This document shows positions 28,744 through 38,800 of a stretch of 61,964 nucleotides of DNA, in pieces. The notes under the pieces were generated by a model. The model saw nothing but the letters and a program-made list of their open reading frames with translations. It made no database searches and had not been told where the DNA came from. The DNA is from an uncultured Draconibacterium sp. (lineage in GTDB: Bacteria > Bacteroidota > Bacteroidia > Bacteroidales > FEN-979). Numbering within the stretch: the stretch's first letter is position 1; the number at the start of each line of letters is the position of its first letter. The position numbers and the translations under genes were made by a program. The DNA lies in the NCBI GenBank assembly GCA_964355945.1, contig CAYHGE010000010.1, positions 1 to 61,964 of the forward strand, given 5' to 3'.

Positions 28744-28787
28744 AATTATGTTCTTAATTCAAAATTCGTTAATCAATATTCAATATT

Positions 28788-29834
28788 CTACAGCTCCCCG
28801 TAAATGCTGATCTGCTCGAACTCTGACCGGTCAACGATCATGTCCCAGGAGTAACGGATGAACATCTTTCCCACATCATAAGAGGTAAATGGCAGCACTT
28901 TTTCGCCCATGGCCAGGTTGACCAAAGCCTCAGGAATGTTCTGTCCCACGCCTACAGCGAGGTAGATCCATGCAGGAAGCCTTGGGTTGATCTCGAGCAG
29001 GTATAGTTCACCATCCTTGTTTTTCATCAGCTCAAGCTCAAACCCGCCACGCCATTTGGTGTTTTTCAGAAATTTACGGGTCATGTCGAGCATCTTTTCA
29101 TCTGAGATGGTAATCCCTCCCCATGCTTTGCCCTTATCCGTAATGTATTGCTTACGCATCGGAACAGCTCCGATGGTATTCCCTTTGCCATCCCCCAGCC
29201 CGGTTACATTGAATTCAGTTCCATGGATAAACTCCTGAATAATGATCGGAAGTCCCCACTTGGCGCTGATCTTATTGAAGTAGCTCTTCACCTGTTCAAT
29301 GCTGTATGCAATGGAAGCATCGTAGAATTTCCCCTTCACAATCATCGGAAAGGAAAATTCTGAAGGAAGGCTGTGAATAGTGTTTAAGTCGTAAATCACT
29401 TTGCTTTTCGGAACACTGATGTTGTATTTTTTCCCGAAATCGTTGAGGTTTACCTTATGGCGCTCTTCAAACTGGTGCATGGTAGGCAGGAACATGTGAA
29501 TGCCCATGGCCTTGAGTTTCGACTCCAGTTTGATAAACGGGTAAAGCTCTGCATCGAAGTTTGGAATGATCACGTCAAGCTTCTCTTTGTCATGAATATA
29601 TTCTATCCGGGAAAGCAGGGTATCGATTCCGGCTGACGGATATGGAATGGAATATGTCCGGTCAACCAGGTCGTGCATATAAATGCCCGGCTCCAGGGAT
29701 TCGTAAGATAGCCCGATGATACCAACGTCGAATGAAGCAGCCTCCCTCAATGCCCTGATCACGGAAACCCCCGGTCCCGGCGAGTCAATGGCGTTCAGCC
29801 CTGTGACGGCAATATTAAGCTTTCGTTTCTTCAT
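28788..29834 (-). CDS. ATP-grasp ligase (carbamoyl-phosphate-synthase-like fold)
   Basis: FPMIVKG, IIQEFIHGTEF, ELELM, LLEINPRLPAW; start at MKKRKL, overlapping the pqqD-like stop. Confidence 0.88.
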   Translation of the reverse strand: MKKRKLNIAVTGLNAIDSPGPGVSVIRALREAASFDVGIIGLSYESLEPGIYMHDLVDRTYSIPYPSAGIDTLLSRIEYIHDKEKLDVIIPNFDAELYPFIKLESKLKAMGIHMFLPTMHQFEERHKVNLNDFGKKYNISVPKSKVIYDLNTIHSLPSEFSFPMIVKGKFYDASIAYSIEQVKSYFNKISAKWGLPIIIQEFIHGTEFNVTGLGDGKGNTIGAVPMRKQYITDKGKAWGGITISDEKMLDMTRKFLKNTKWRGGFELELMKNKDGELYLLEINPRLPAWIYLAVGVGQNIPEALVNLAMGEKVLPFTSYDVGKMFIRYSWDMIVDRSEFEQISIYGEL

Positions 29835-30075
29835 GGCTTTCCAATAGGTTATGATGTTCAAGGATAGAGATAAAGTCGTGGTAGTCTTTCTCGAAGGTGG
29901 CCAGGTCTGTTGAATATTTATCCATGATGACCGTGTTTATCTGAACCGGAGTTTTTTCATCCCGGATGAGGTTGAGAATCTCGACTCCGATAGGATTTAT
30001 CGAATAAGATTCCCCCGTCACAGGATTGAAGAGCAGTCCGGCTTCGCTGACAGCAACATTTTTTCGTAGTTTCAT
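29815..30075 (-). CDS. PqqD-family protein (RiPP recognition element-like)
   Basis: 86 aa: LLFNPVTGESYSINPIGVEIL..I...I...Y......EKD..DFI..L...NLL. Confidence 0.85.
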   Translation of the reverse strand: MKLRKNVAVSEAGLLFNPVTGESYSINPIGVEILNLIRDEKTPVQINTVIMDKYSTDLATFEKDYHDFISILEHHNLLESHEETKA

Positions 30076-30089
30076 AATTTTAATTTTAC

Positions 30090-30117
30090 GTAGAGACGGG
30101 CCATGGCCTGTCTTTAC
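30090..30117. repeat. GTAG-type REP (variant) in the 5' UTR of the pqqD-like operon
   Basis: GTAGAGACGGGCCATGGCCTGTCTTTAC. Confidence 0.8.
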
Positions 30118-30127
30118 AATGATGATG

Positions 30128-30192
30128 CAATATTACATCTAATCAGCCCCCTGGCTGTTACGAAATTTAATAAAGGTTGTATGAAATTTTAT
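30128..30192 (-). promoter_or_regulatory. Tandem 21-bp-period boxes plus -7-like element, candidate AraC-dependent promoter of the operon
   Basis: Minus strand ATAAAATTTCATACAA and AAATTTCGTAACAG, then TAATATTG at 30135-30128. Confidence 0.6.
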
Positions 30193-30210
30193 CATGTCCC
30201 TGTATGGTTA

Positions 30211-30810
30211 TTAATTACTGTTAATTAGACCGTCCAGCCCGGACCGGCCTGAAGCAGGGGTTACCCTGTACTCAGTCACAGAAATGCCGGTGATCGATTT
30301 GAATTGGGTGGACAGGTATTGTACACTGCTGTAACCCATCATATAAGCGATCTCGCTGAGGGTAAGTTCTCCGTATTCAATAAGTTCTTTAACCTTCTCA
30401 ATCTTGTGGAGGATGGTAAATTTCTCGAGTGTGGTAATTTCATGCTTTGAAAAGAGGGATGAAATATAGGGATATGACATGCCGAACCGCTCCACCAGGT
30501 AATCTGAGTTGCGTACCATGGCATTGTAAGTCGAGTTGTGAACCAGATCAACGACCGCCTGTTTGATGTGTTCTACCAGTATCTTCTCCTTGTCGCTGAT
30601 GATTTCAAACCCGTAAACTTCCAGGATCGATTCTACTTTTTTCCATGTGATTTTCTTCGGATCCACTGAAAGGATCAGTAGTCCAAGCTTAATGTCTTGA
30701 ATTTCAATGCCATCCAGTGATAGCTCCTTCCTTAGCAGATGAATGCAACAGCTACAGGTCATGTTTTTTACATGAATTGTCCTGAAGGGAAGTGCTTTTT
30801 TTTTCTTCAT
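30211..30810 (-). CDS. AraC family regulator with N-terminal HMA-like (Cys) domain
   Basis: KNMTCSCC N-terminus; LTLSEIA..MGYSSVQYLSTQFK..TG HTH. Confidence 0.92.
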   Translation of the reverse strand: MKKKKALPFRTIHVKNMTCSCCIHLLRKELSLDGIEIQDIKLGLLILSVDPKKITWKKVESILEVYGFEIISDKEKILVEHIKQAVVDLVHNSTYNAMVRNSDYLVERFGMSYPYISSLFSKHEITTLEKFTILHKIEKVKELIEYGELTLSEIAYMMGYSSVQYLSTQFKSITGISVTEYRVTPASGRSGLDGLINSN

Positions 30811-30819
30811 AGACTTGGA

Positions 30820-32079
30820 TTATACGAGGTCATACCGGTATGAATCCTGGCGGATAAAGATAAATAATAAAATGGTAAAGGCCCATAAAGAAGATCCTCC
30901 ATAACTGACAAAAGGAAGCGGAATGCCAATAACCGGCACCAGACCGAGGGTCATCCCGATGTTGATGGCAAAGTGGAAAAAGAGGATTGAAGCCAGTCCA
31001 TACCCGTAAAACCTGCTGAACCGCGATCGCTGTCGCTCAGCCATCAGGATGACCCGGATGAAAAGACTCATATATAAGATGAGCAAAACCGATGAGCCCA
31101 GAAAACCCCACTCTTCACCAACTGTACAAAAGATGAAATCGGTGCTTTGCTCCGGCACGAAATTATATTTGGTTTGGGTCCCCTGTAAAAAGCCTTTACC
31201 GAAAAACTTGCCCGAACCGATGGCGATGAGGGACTGGTTAACATTGTAACCGGCTCCCTTTAGGTCAACATCCTGCCCGAGCAACACGTGAATGCGGTTA
31301 CGCTGGTGTGGCTCCAGGATGTTATTGACAGCAAAATTAATGGAAAATATAAAAGCGACCGACCCCAGGAAGATCATGCTGATGATCATGATGGAACGAA
31401 GCTTTCTGTTGCTGAAAAAATAAAATGTACCGGCAATAACCAGTAGCAGTGCAGCAAGAATGAGTTTTGGTACCACCAGCGCCAGGATGCCAAGCACCGG
31501 CAATACGATGAAGGCAAGAGGGATGAACCCTGTTAGTCCGGCGCGGTACAGCACAATCACCAGTGCCAGAAAGACGATGGCCGAACCGGTGTCATGCTGC
31601 AGCAATACAATCACCGCAGGCAAAAGGATAATGGCGGAAGCAATGACGAGGCTCCGGAATCGTGCAAGACTTACATCCAGGGTGCCAAGATACTTAGCCA
31701 AAGCCAGAACCGTAGCCATTTTGGCAAATTCCGCAGGCTGGATACCGAAGCCGCCAATGGCAAACCAACCTTTTGAACCGGCTATTTCCCGCCCCGAAAA
31801 AATAACAACCACGAGCAAAAACAGGAAAAAGCCATAGATAAACCAGGCAAATTGTGAGAAAAATTTAGGATCGATGATCAGGATGCCCATTGCCAGCAAC
31901 ATGGCTGCAATGATAAAAATCATCTGTTTGCCATACTTCTGTGTAAGGTCAACTATGTGATTATGATTTTCGTTATACACCGCGGCATAGATGTTCAGCC
32001 AGCCAATGAAGATCAGCGCGAGATAAAGCCCCACCACCAGCCAGTCAATCCGGTAGAATATTCCCTTGTCCTCTCTCAC
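30820..32079 (-). CDS. rodA: Rod shape-determining SEDS glycosyltransferase RodA
   Basis: QPAEFAK, QHDTGS, GYNVNQSLIAIGSG, PEQSTDFIF, GIPLPFVSYGGSS. Confidence 0.96.
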   Translation of the reverse strand: MREDKGIFYRIDWLVVGLYLALIFIGWLNIYAAVYNENHNHIVDLTQKYGKQMIFIIAAMLLAMGILIIDPKFFSQFAWFIYGFFLFLLVVVIFSGREIAGSKGWFAIGGFGIQPAEFAKMATVLALAKYLGTLDVSLARFRSLVIASAIILLPAVIVLLQHDTGSAIVFLALVIVLYRAGLTGFIPLAFIVLPVLGILALVVPKLILAALLLVIAGTFYFFSNRKLRSIMIISMIFLGSVAFIFSINFAVNNILEPHQRNRIHVLLGQDVDLKGAGYNVNQSLIAIGSGKFFGKGFLQGTQTKYNFVPEQSTDFIFCTVGEEWGFLGSSVLLILYMSLFIRVILMAERQRSRFSRFYGYGLASILFFHFAINIGMTLGLVPVIGIPLPFVSYGGSSLWAFTILLFIFIRQDSYRYDLV

Positions 32080-33910
32080 TTTCAGGTTGTTTTCCGTTTA
32101 TCAGGTTTCCATTTATCATGCGGTCTTCAAGGTCTTTACGCTTGACCGCACGGTTCAGATATTTTTCAATCATCAGGCTGGCGATTGGAGCAGCCCATGC
32201 AGCGCCATACCCGGCATTTTCCACAACCACCGAAATAGCAATCTTTGTGTTTTGTACCGGGGCAAATGCAAGGAAGATAGAATGGTTGTTGCCATGTGGA
32301 TTTTGCGCTGTACCTGTCTTTCCTCCCATTGTGATGCTGTCAATTTGGGCGATTTTTCCGGTGCCATTGGTAATTACATTGGCCATCCCTTCAATTACGA
32401 CATCGAAGTACTTCTGATCGACCAGAACCATGTTTTTTGTCCTGTAACCTTTATTTATGCTGTCTTTTTGGCCGATAGCCCTGATAATATGAGGGGTGTA
32501 ATACCATCCCCGGTTTGAAATCAGGGCCGCCTGGTTGGCCAGCTGCATCGGGGTGATACCGATTTCACCCTGTCCGATGGCGAGTGAAATAATGGTCATC
32601 GAACGCCACCTGTTTTTTCCATGATATTTGTCATAGTAAGTTGGGGTGGGAATGTTCCCGTTAAGTTCGCCGGGAATGTCGATTCCAAGCTTTTTCCCGA
32701 ATCCGAAACTCATCACCTCTTTACGCCAGCTTTCGTAAGCCTGGCGTGTGCTGACGTATGATTTCTTATCGATGATCGATTTGAAAACCCTGCAAAAATA
32801 GGCATTGCACGAGGTCTGAATGGCTCCTATCAGGTCGAGAGGAGAAGGGTGGGGGTGGCAACCTACTTTTTTACCGTTGCCCAGCGGGAAACCAGCGGCA
32901 CAGCCATAGCGTGTATCGGGGAAAAGCACGCCCTCCTGCTGCCCAACCAGCGCATCAACCAGCTTGAAGGTTGAGCCCGGCGGATACATGGCCATCAGTG
33001 CACGGTTGAACAGGGGAACAAATACAGTGTCCTGCAGCAGCTTCGTGTAATTTTTTTTACGGATGTTACCTGCGAGGAGGTTGGGGTCATATGAAGGACT
33101 GGTAACCACACATAAAATCTCTCCTGTCTGCGGTTCAATGGCCACAATGCTTCCTTTCTTGTTGGTCATCAGCAGTTCGCCGTATTCCTGCAATTCCGCA
33201 TCCAGCGAGGAGTAAAGGTCAGTGCCGGCAACCGATGTTGTATCGTATTTTCCGTCGCGGAAACTTCCCTTATCCCTGTTCAGTACATCAAATACGCGGA
33301 TCTTCAACCCCTTTTTACCCCTGAGGATCTCCTCGTAAGATTTCTCAATGCCATTGATACCGATGTAATCGCCCGACCTGTAATAGGGGTTCTTCTCGAT
33401 CACATCCGGACCAGCTTCCCCGATATAGCCAAAGGCATGTGCAGCCACCGGATAGGTGTATTTTCGTAAAGTCCTCGGCTGCACATAAAATCCCGGAAAG
33501 AGGAAAAGTTTCTCTTCAAGAAATCCATAACTGTCGCGTGTGATCTGGGCCTCAAAGATAGAAGGCCTGTATGGTGAAAAAGCTCTTGCACGTGAAAGTC
33601 TGTTGATAAACTCCGCTTTATCAATGCCGATCAGCTTACATAAAGCCAGGGTGTCCGGATTTTTAACCTGCCTGGGAACAACCATCAGATCATACGCGGC
33701 TTCATTGTAAACCAGCAATTTCCCGGTACGGTCAAATACCAGTCCGCGGGCCGGGTATTGGGTTACATAACGCAACACGTTGTTGTTGGCAGAAAGAATG
33801 TATTTATCTACGAGGATCTGAACATAGAAGAGCCGAACCAGGTAAACCAGGCCGATCAGCAGGAAAAACCCGATGATGATGTATTTCCGGTCAGCGTAAA
33901 TTCTTTCCAT
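32045..33910 (-). CDS. mrdA: Penicillin-binding protein 2
   Basis: YPPGSTFK (SxxK), SCN (SxN), KTGTAQN; N-terminal anchor. Confidence 0.95.
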   Translation of the reverse strand: MERIYADRKYIIIGFFLLIGLVYLVRLFYVQILVDKYILSANNNVLRYVTQYPARGLVFDRTGKLLVYNEAAYDLMVVPRQVKNPDTLALCKLIGIDKAEFINRLSRARAFSPYRPSIFEAQITRDSYGFLEEKLFLFPGFYVQPRTLRKYTYPVAAHAFGYIGEAGPDVIEKNPYYRSGDYIGINGIEKSYEEILRGKKGLKIRVFDVLNRDKGSFRDGKYDTTSVAGTDLYSSLDAELQEYGELLMTNKKGSIVAIEPQTGEILCVVTSPSYDPNLLAGNIRKKNYTKLLQDTVFVPLFNRALMAMYPPGSTFKLVDALVGQQEGVLFPDTRYGCAAGFPLGNGKKVGCHPHPSPLDLIGAIQTSCNAYFCRVFKSIIDKKSYVSTRQAYESWRKEVMSFGFGKKLGIDIPGELNGNIPTPTYYDKYHGKNRWRSMTIISLAIGQGEIGITPMQLANQAALISNRGWYYTPHIIRAIGQKDSINKGYRTKNMVLVDQKYFDVVIEGMANVITNGTGKIAQIDSITMGGKTGTAQNPHGNNHSIFLAFAPVQNTKIAISVVVENAGYGAAWAAPIASLMIEKYLNRAVKRKDLEDRMINGNLINGKQPESERGQGNILPD

Positions 33911-33917
33911 GAAACCC

Positions 33918-34445
33918 TTAGCGCCTCCTCAGAATGATGGGTGGCGTTGAATCCACATTGCTTTTGTGCAACGCACGGTCGTAGATGAAAAATTTGAATT
34001 TGACCGTGTCGTGCAATGGGGCTGGATTCAGCATCAGGGTGTCAAGAATCGTTCCTTTGATTGCCTTGTTTTGATCGATGGGTGTCAGATTGGGGATCCT
34101 TGCGTTATAGGAGGGATCAAGATCAACCTTTACGAAGGTGCCATTTCGCATCTCATAATAGTCGATGATATAATTGTAATAATAGATGCTTCCGGTATCG
34201 AATGGAGGGTTTTTTTGATTGTCTCCGAGACCGATGTCTCCGTTTCCGTCTTTGAAGGAAATGGTTAAATATCCTCTTTTAGCGTACAATCCTGAGTCGA
34301 ACTGCATGATGAAACCCTCATAAGCAATTACAGGAATGTCCGGATAAACCTCTTTTTTTACACACGATGTTCCCATAAGCCCGCAAACGAAGAGGGCAAC
34401 ATACCACCAGTTTCGAAAACCCTTGGAATTGAGATAAAACATCAT
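33918..34445 (-). CDS. Hypothetical lipoprotein
   Basis: Lipobox GTSC; FKDGNGDIG and IYDRALHKSN motifs. Confidence 0.75.
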   Translation of the reverse strand: MMFYLNSKGFRNWWYVALFVCGLMGTSCVKKEVYPDIPVIAYEGFIMQFDSGLYAKRGYLTISFKDGNGDIGLGDNQKNPPFDTGSIYYYNYIIDYYEMRNGTFVKVDLDPSYNARIPNLTPIDQNKAIKGTILDTLMLNPAPLHDTVKFKFFIYDRALHKSNVDSTPPIILRRR

Positions 34446-34605
34446 GATCAGGTCAACGTTAATTCAGTACCTTTACAGCCTGTAAAAGTACAAAAAAATC
34501 TGAAACCGGAACAGGTGAATCTGGAATCGGATGAACTTATAAACTCGTGATCCGGTGAACTTTTAAGCGGGTAAATGATTGCTTTAAATTGTTGATTTAT
34601 TCTTC

Positions 34606-35583
34606 ATGAAATCAAAAGAAAACGTATTTGAAATAACATCAGCGCATGAGTTCGAAGTTTATGCTCTGGAGTTATTCCGTTATCAGTACAGGCATAATGA
34701 AGTTTATCGTGCTTTTGTAGATGCCCGCGGGGTAACGCCTCAAAACATTTCAAAGGTGGAGGAGATCCCTTTTCTGCCCATCGAATTCTTCAAAACACAT
34801 GAAGTAGTTTGCGGCAGTGTTCCTCCCCAGGCTGTTTTTCGGAGCAGCGGTACCACGGGCATGGTCCGAAGCCGGCATCTGGTAACCGATTTGAACATTT
34901 ATCGCCGGTCCTTTATTAAAGGATTTGAAAGGTGTTACGGTGATCCGCAGGATGTTCAGTTTCTGGCCCTTACGCCAACTCCTGAACAGGCGCCGGACTC
35001 CTCTCTCGTGTACATGATCCAGAAACTGATGGATATCAGCAGCAGCCCTGAAAATGGGTTTTTCCTGGCGAGTCATTCCGGATTAAGTGCCCGTTTGCGG
35101 CAACGACGGGCAAGAAATAAAAAGGTGGTGCTGATCGGGTTGACTTATGCTCTGGTTGATTTTGCCAATAGCTATCCCGGCGACTACTCCCCGCTCATCG
35201 TGATCGAAACAGGCGGGATGAAAGGCCATCGCACTGAAATCACACGCGACGAACTTCATTACCTGCTTTGCCCTGCTTTTGGGATTGAACAGATCCATTC
35301 GGAATATGGAATGACCGAGTTGCTTTCGCAAGCATGGTCGCAGGGCGAAGGCAGGTTCAGCACGCCTCCCTGGATGAAAGTAATGATCCGTGATACAAAT
35401 GATCCACTGAGCTATGTTGGTCCCGGAGAAACAGGCGGGATCAATATTGTCGACCTTGCCAACCAGGACTCCTGCAGCTTTATCGCAACACAGGACCTTG
35501 GCCGTATGCACTACGACGGCCAGTTTGAAGTCCTCGGCCGCTTTGAGGCTTCTGATGCACGCGGGTGCAGCCTGTTGATTTGA
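34606..35583 (+). CDS. LuxE-like acyl-protein synthetase / acyltransferase
   Basis: IPFLPIEFFK, SSGTTG, ETGGMKG, SEYGMTELLSQA, TQDLG, GCS. Confidence 0.88.
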   Translation: MKSKENVFEITSAHEFEVYALELFRYQYRHNEVYRAFVDARGVTPQNISKVEEIPFLPIEFFKTHEVVCGSVPPQAVFRSSGTTGMVRSRHLVTDLNIYRRSFIKGFERCYGDPQDVQFLALTPTPEQAPDSSLVYMIQKLMDISSSPENGFFLASHSGLSARLRQRRARNKKVVLIGLTYALVDFANSYPGDYSPLIVIETGGMKGHRTEITRDELHYLLCPAFGIEQIHSEYGMTELLSQAWSQGEGRFSTPPWMKVMIRDTNDPLSYVGPGETGGINIVDLANQDSCSFIATQDLGRMHYDGQFEVLGRFEASDARGCSLLI

Positions 35584-35604
35584 ATAACGAATATTGAATA
35601 TTGA

Positions 35605-35826
35605 ATGACGGTCAGTCAGCCAAATAATCCGCTGCATGGAAAAACACTGGAGATGATACTCAACCATCTTCTTACCCTTTATCGCTGGGAAGACCTGTAC
35701 AAACGTATCAGAATCAATTGTTTTCTTGAAAATCCAAGTGTCAAATCAAGTCTGACATTTTTACGGAAGACACCCTGGGCACGCAAAAAAGTTGAAGATC
35801 TTTATCTTGAGAGCATAATTTCATAA
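35605..35826 (+). CDS. VF530 family (DUF2132) DNA-binding protein
   Basis: [30 protein letters not shown]. Confidence 0.92.
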   Translation: MTVSQPNNPLHGKTLEMILNHLLTLYRWEDLYKRIRINCFLENPSVKSSLTFLRKTPWARKKVEDLYLESIIS

Positions 35827-35873
35827 TTTTGTATTTGCTGTTATAACGGAGTATTTACTTCAACTGAGCAAAT

Positions 35874-38800
35874 ATGGAAAAGCGTTCTTCTCTCCCTGCC
35901 ATTCTGTTGATTTTCATGGTCTCTCTTGTCGGTTTTAATGAACTGGCAGCACAATCCAACTCCAGGCAATCTTCTGCCGACACATCCGACTATCCTTACT
36001 GGATCCGAATGATGCAGGATCCTGATGCAAATTACTTTGCAACAGTTGGTGCATTCGAAAAATACTGGAATAACAGGCCTGTTACCAAAGGTTGTGGATG
36101 GAAAGTATTTAAAAGATGGGAATACGTCATGCGTGACCGTGTATCACCTGATGGGAAAAAGCCGCTGCCGGATGCCGTTTATAAAGAGTGGACCCGGTTC
36201 AACCTGGCAAATCGTTCTGCAACCGGCAGCTGGATTTCACTCGGTCCTTCAACAATCCCGTCGCCGGGACCCGCCGGTTACCTTGGACTCGGACGTCTCA
36301 ATGTGGTTGCTTTTCATCCAACCGACCAGAATAAACTCTATGTGGGGGCACCCTCAGGTGGATTCTGGTATACAACCGACAATGGTACGACATGGACTAC
36401 CTCTACCGATAACATGCCAACCATTGGTGTTTCCGCCATTGTTGTGGATTTTTCAAACCCGATGAAATTGCTGATGGGTACCGGCGACAGGGATCACGGC
36501 GATGCACCAGGGATGGGGGTGTTTAAAAGTTTGGATGGCGCAATATCCTGGACCCAGTCAAATACCGGCATGGGCAATACCACTGTATGTAAACTTGTTC
36601 AACATCCCGGAAATGCCCAGATTTTTTTAGCTGCCACTTCAAACGGCATTTACAGGTCAACAAACGGGGGAGGGAACTGGACGCTGACTGCCTCCGGTTA
36701 TTTTCAGGATATCTGTTTTAAACCGGATGATCCGGACATTGTTTATGCCGAATCTTCTTCCGATTTCTACAGATCATCGAATAATGGACTGACATTCTTT
36801 CAGGTCACCTCAGGACTAACCACAGGGCAGCGGGGTGCGATCGCAGTAACACCGGCCAATCCGGATTATGTCTATTTCCTTCAATCCGACAACTCCAGTG
36901 GATACAAGGGCGTGTGGAGATCAACAGATGCAGGCCTGAATTTTTCGACCCGGTCAACAACACCCAACATCCTCGACTGGTCCTGCGATGGCAGCGGAAC
37001 CGGTGGCCAGGGATGGTACGACCTGGTGATTGCAGCTGATCCATTGGATCCGGAAATTATATATGTTGGCGGAGTAGATGTGTGGAAATCAACGGATGGA
37101 GGTTCATCCTGGGCCATTAATTCGCATTGGTACGGGGGATGCAGTGTACCTGCGGTGCATGCCGACTGCCACTTTCTTGGGTTTTCTCCGGTAAACGGAC
37201 GGTTATATGCCGGCAATGACGGTGGGATTTACTATACTCCAGACGGCGGAACAACATGGACTGATTGCACGGTGGGCATGACCATCGGACAGATTTATAA
37301 GATCGGACAGAGCCAGACTGATGCGGCCAAAACAATCAACGGGTTTCAGGATAATGGCACCTATACCAACACCTCCTCGGGATGGGTTGCCACCGGCGGC
37401 GGAGATGGGATGGAGTGTGCAGTCGATTACCTCAATGCAGCCTATACGTATCATACCATCTATTTTGGTTCAATTTACAGAAAAATCAACAATTCAGGCG
37501 AGATGCAGATTGCCGGAGGAGGGGTTTTTGGCATCGACGAATCCGGTGGATGGGTTACACCCTTCCTCCTGAGTGAAGCAGAGCCTAAAATAATGTTTGT
37601 TGGATATAAGAATGTCTGGCGATGCAGTGATGTAACGTCCAACACCCCGGTGTGGAATAAAATTTCATCAGGAGAGATTGAAGATTGTTCCGTTCTTGAA
37701 CAGTCCCCGGCAAATCCTGATCTCCTCTATGTGGTGCGCTGGGGTGGGATGCAGCGAACAGAAAATGCAAATGCAACCGATCCTTCATGGACGATATGTG
37801 CGCTCCCTGGCGGCAATACCCCCACCGATCTGGAGGCCCATCCGACCGAACCAAATACAGTGTATGCAACAGGCGGGAACAAAGTCTATAAGTCAACGGA
37901 TAAGGGTGCCACATGGAACCTGGTTCCCGGAACCATCCCTGACATTCCCGTAAACACGATTGTTTATGATAAAAACAGCCAGGAAGGGTTGTATATCGGC
38001 ACCCAGACTGGCGTTCTTTACAGGAATTCCTCCCTCCCTGGTTGGGTTAATTTCAGTAGCGGACTCCCTGTTGTTGATGTAAGGGAACTTGAAATATTCT
38101 ATAACGCAAATCCTGCAAACAACAGGATCCTTGCTGCGACATTCGGCCGCGGACTTTGGAAATCCGACCTCTATTCACCGCCAAATTCACCGCCGGTTGC
38201 AAACTTTTCATTCAGCCCTTCGGTACCTTGCCAGGGGCAAACGGTACAGTTCAGCGACCTTTCATTGAATGTCCCGACATCCTGGTTGTGGTCGTTTTCC
38301 CCCAATTCTGTCGTTTTTGTCAACGCAACAAATGCTTCCTCCCGGAATCCGCAGGTTCAGTTCACAAACAATGTGAACTACACGGTCACCCTCACCGCCA
38401 CCAATGCATTTGGTGCTGCTTTTGCCGATACATTGGTATTCGCAGGTGGCCCTTATACTCCTGCGGCTTTCACGTTCGAATCAGGAATCTTTCCCGAGGG
38501 ATGGACCATCAGCAATCCCGATGCCGGCATAACCTGGTCCATTTCAAACGCCGGAGGCAGCCCCGGAGGAACCAAATCGGCATTTATTGACTTTTATAGT
38601 TACAATGCCGCCGGTCAACTTGACGACCTGATTACGAATCCTGTAAACCTCGAAGGCACTCTCAACCCATGGCTGAAGTTCAGGGTCGCCTACAGAAGAT
38701 GGGGTGGCGGATACAGCGACGGGCTGAAAGTGTTCATCTCTCCCGATTGCGGCAGTTCATGGAATACCACGCCATTATATGATAAGGCAGGAACTGAGTT

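Noticed and set aside
28788-30075. Graspetide or PQQ biosynthesis cluster
   Set aside because: No precursor with graspetide core motifs and no pqqA/B/C/E; the ligase looks CPS-like rather than RimK/MvdD-like
34606-35583. Bioluminescence (lux) system
   Set aside because: Stand-alone LuxE-like gene of a type common in Bacteroidota; no luxABCD present
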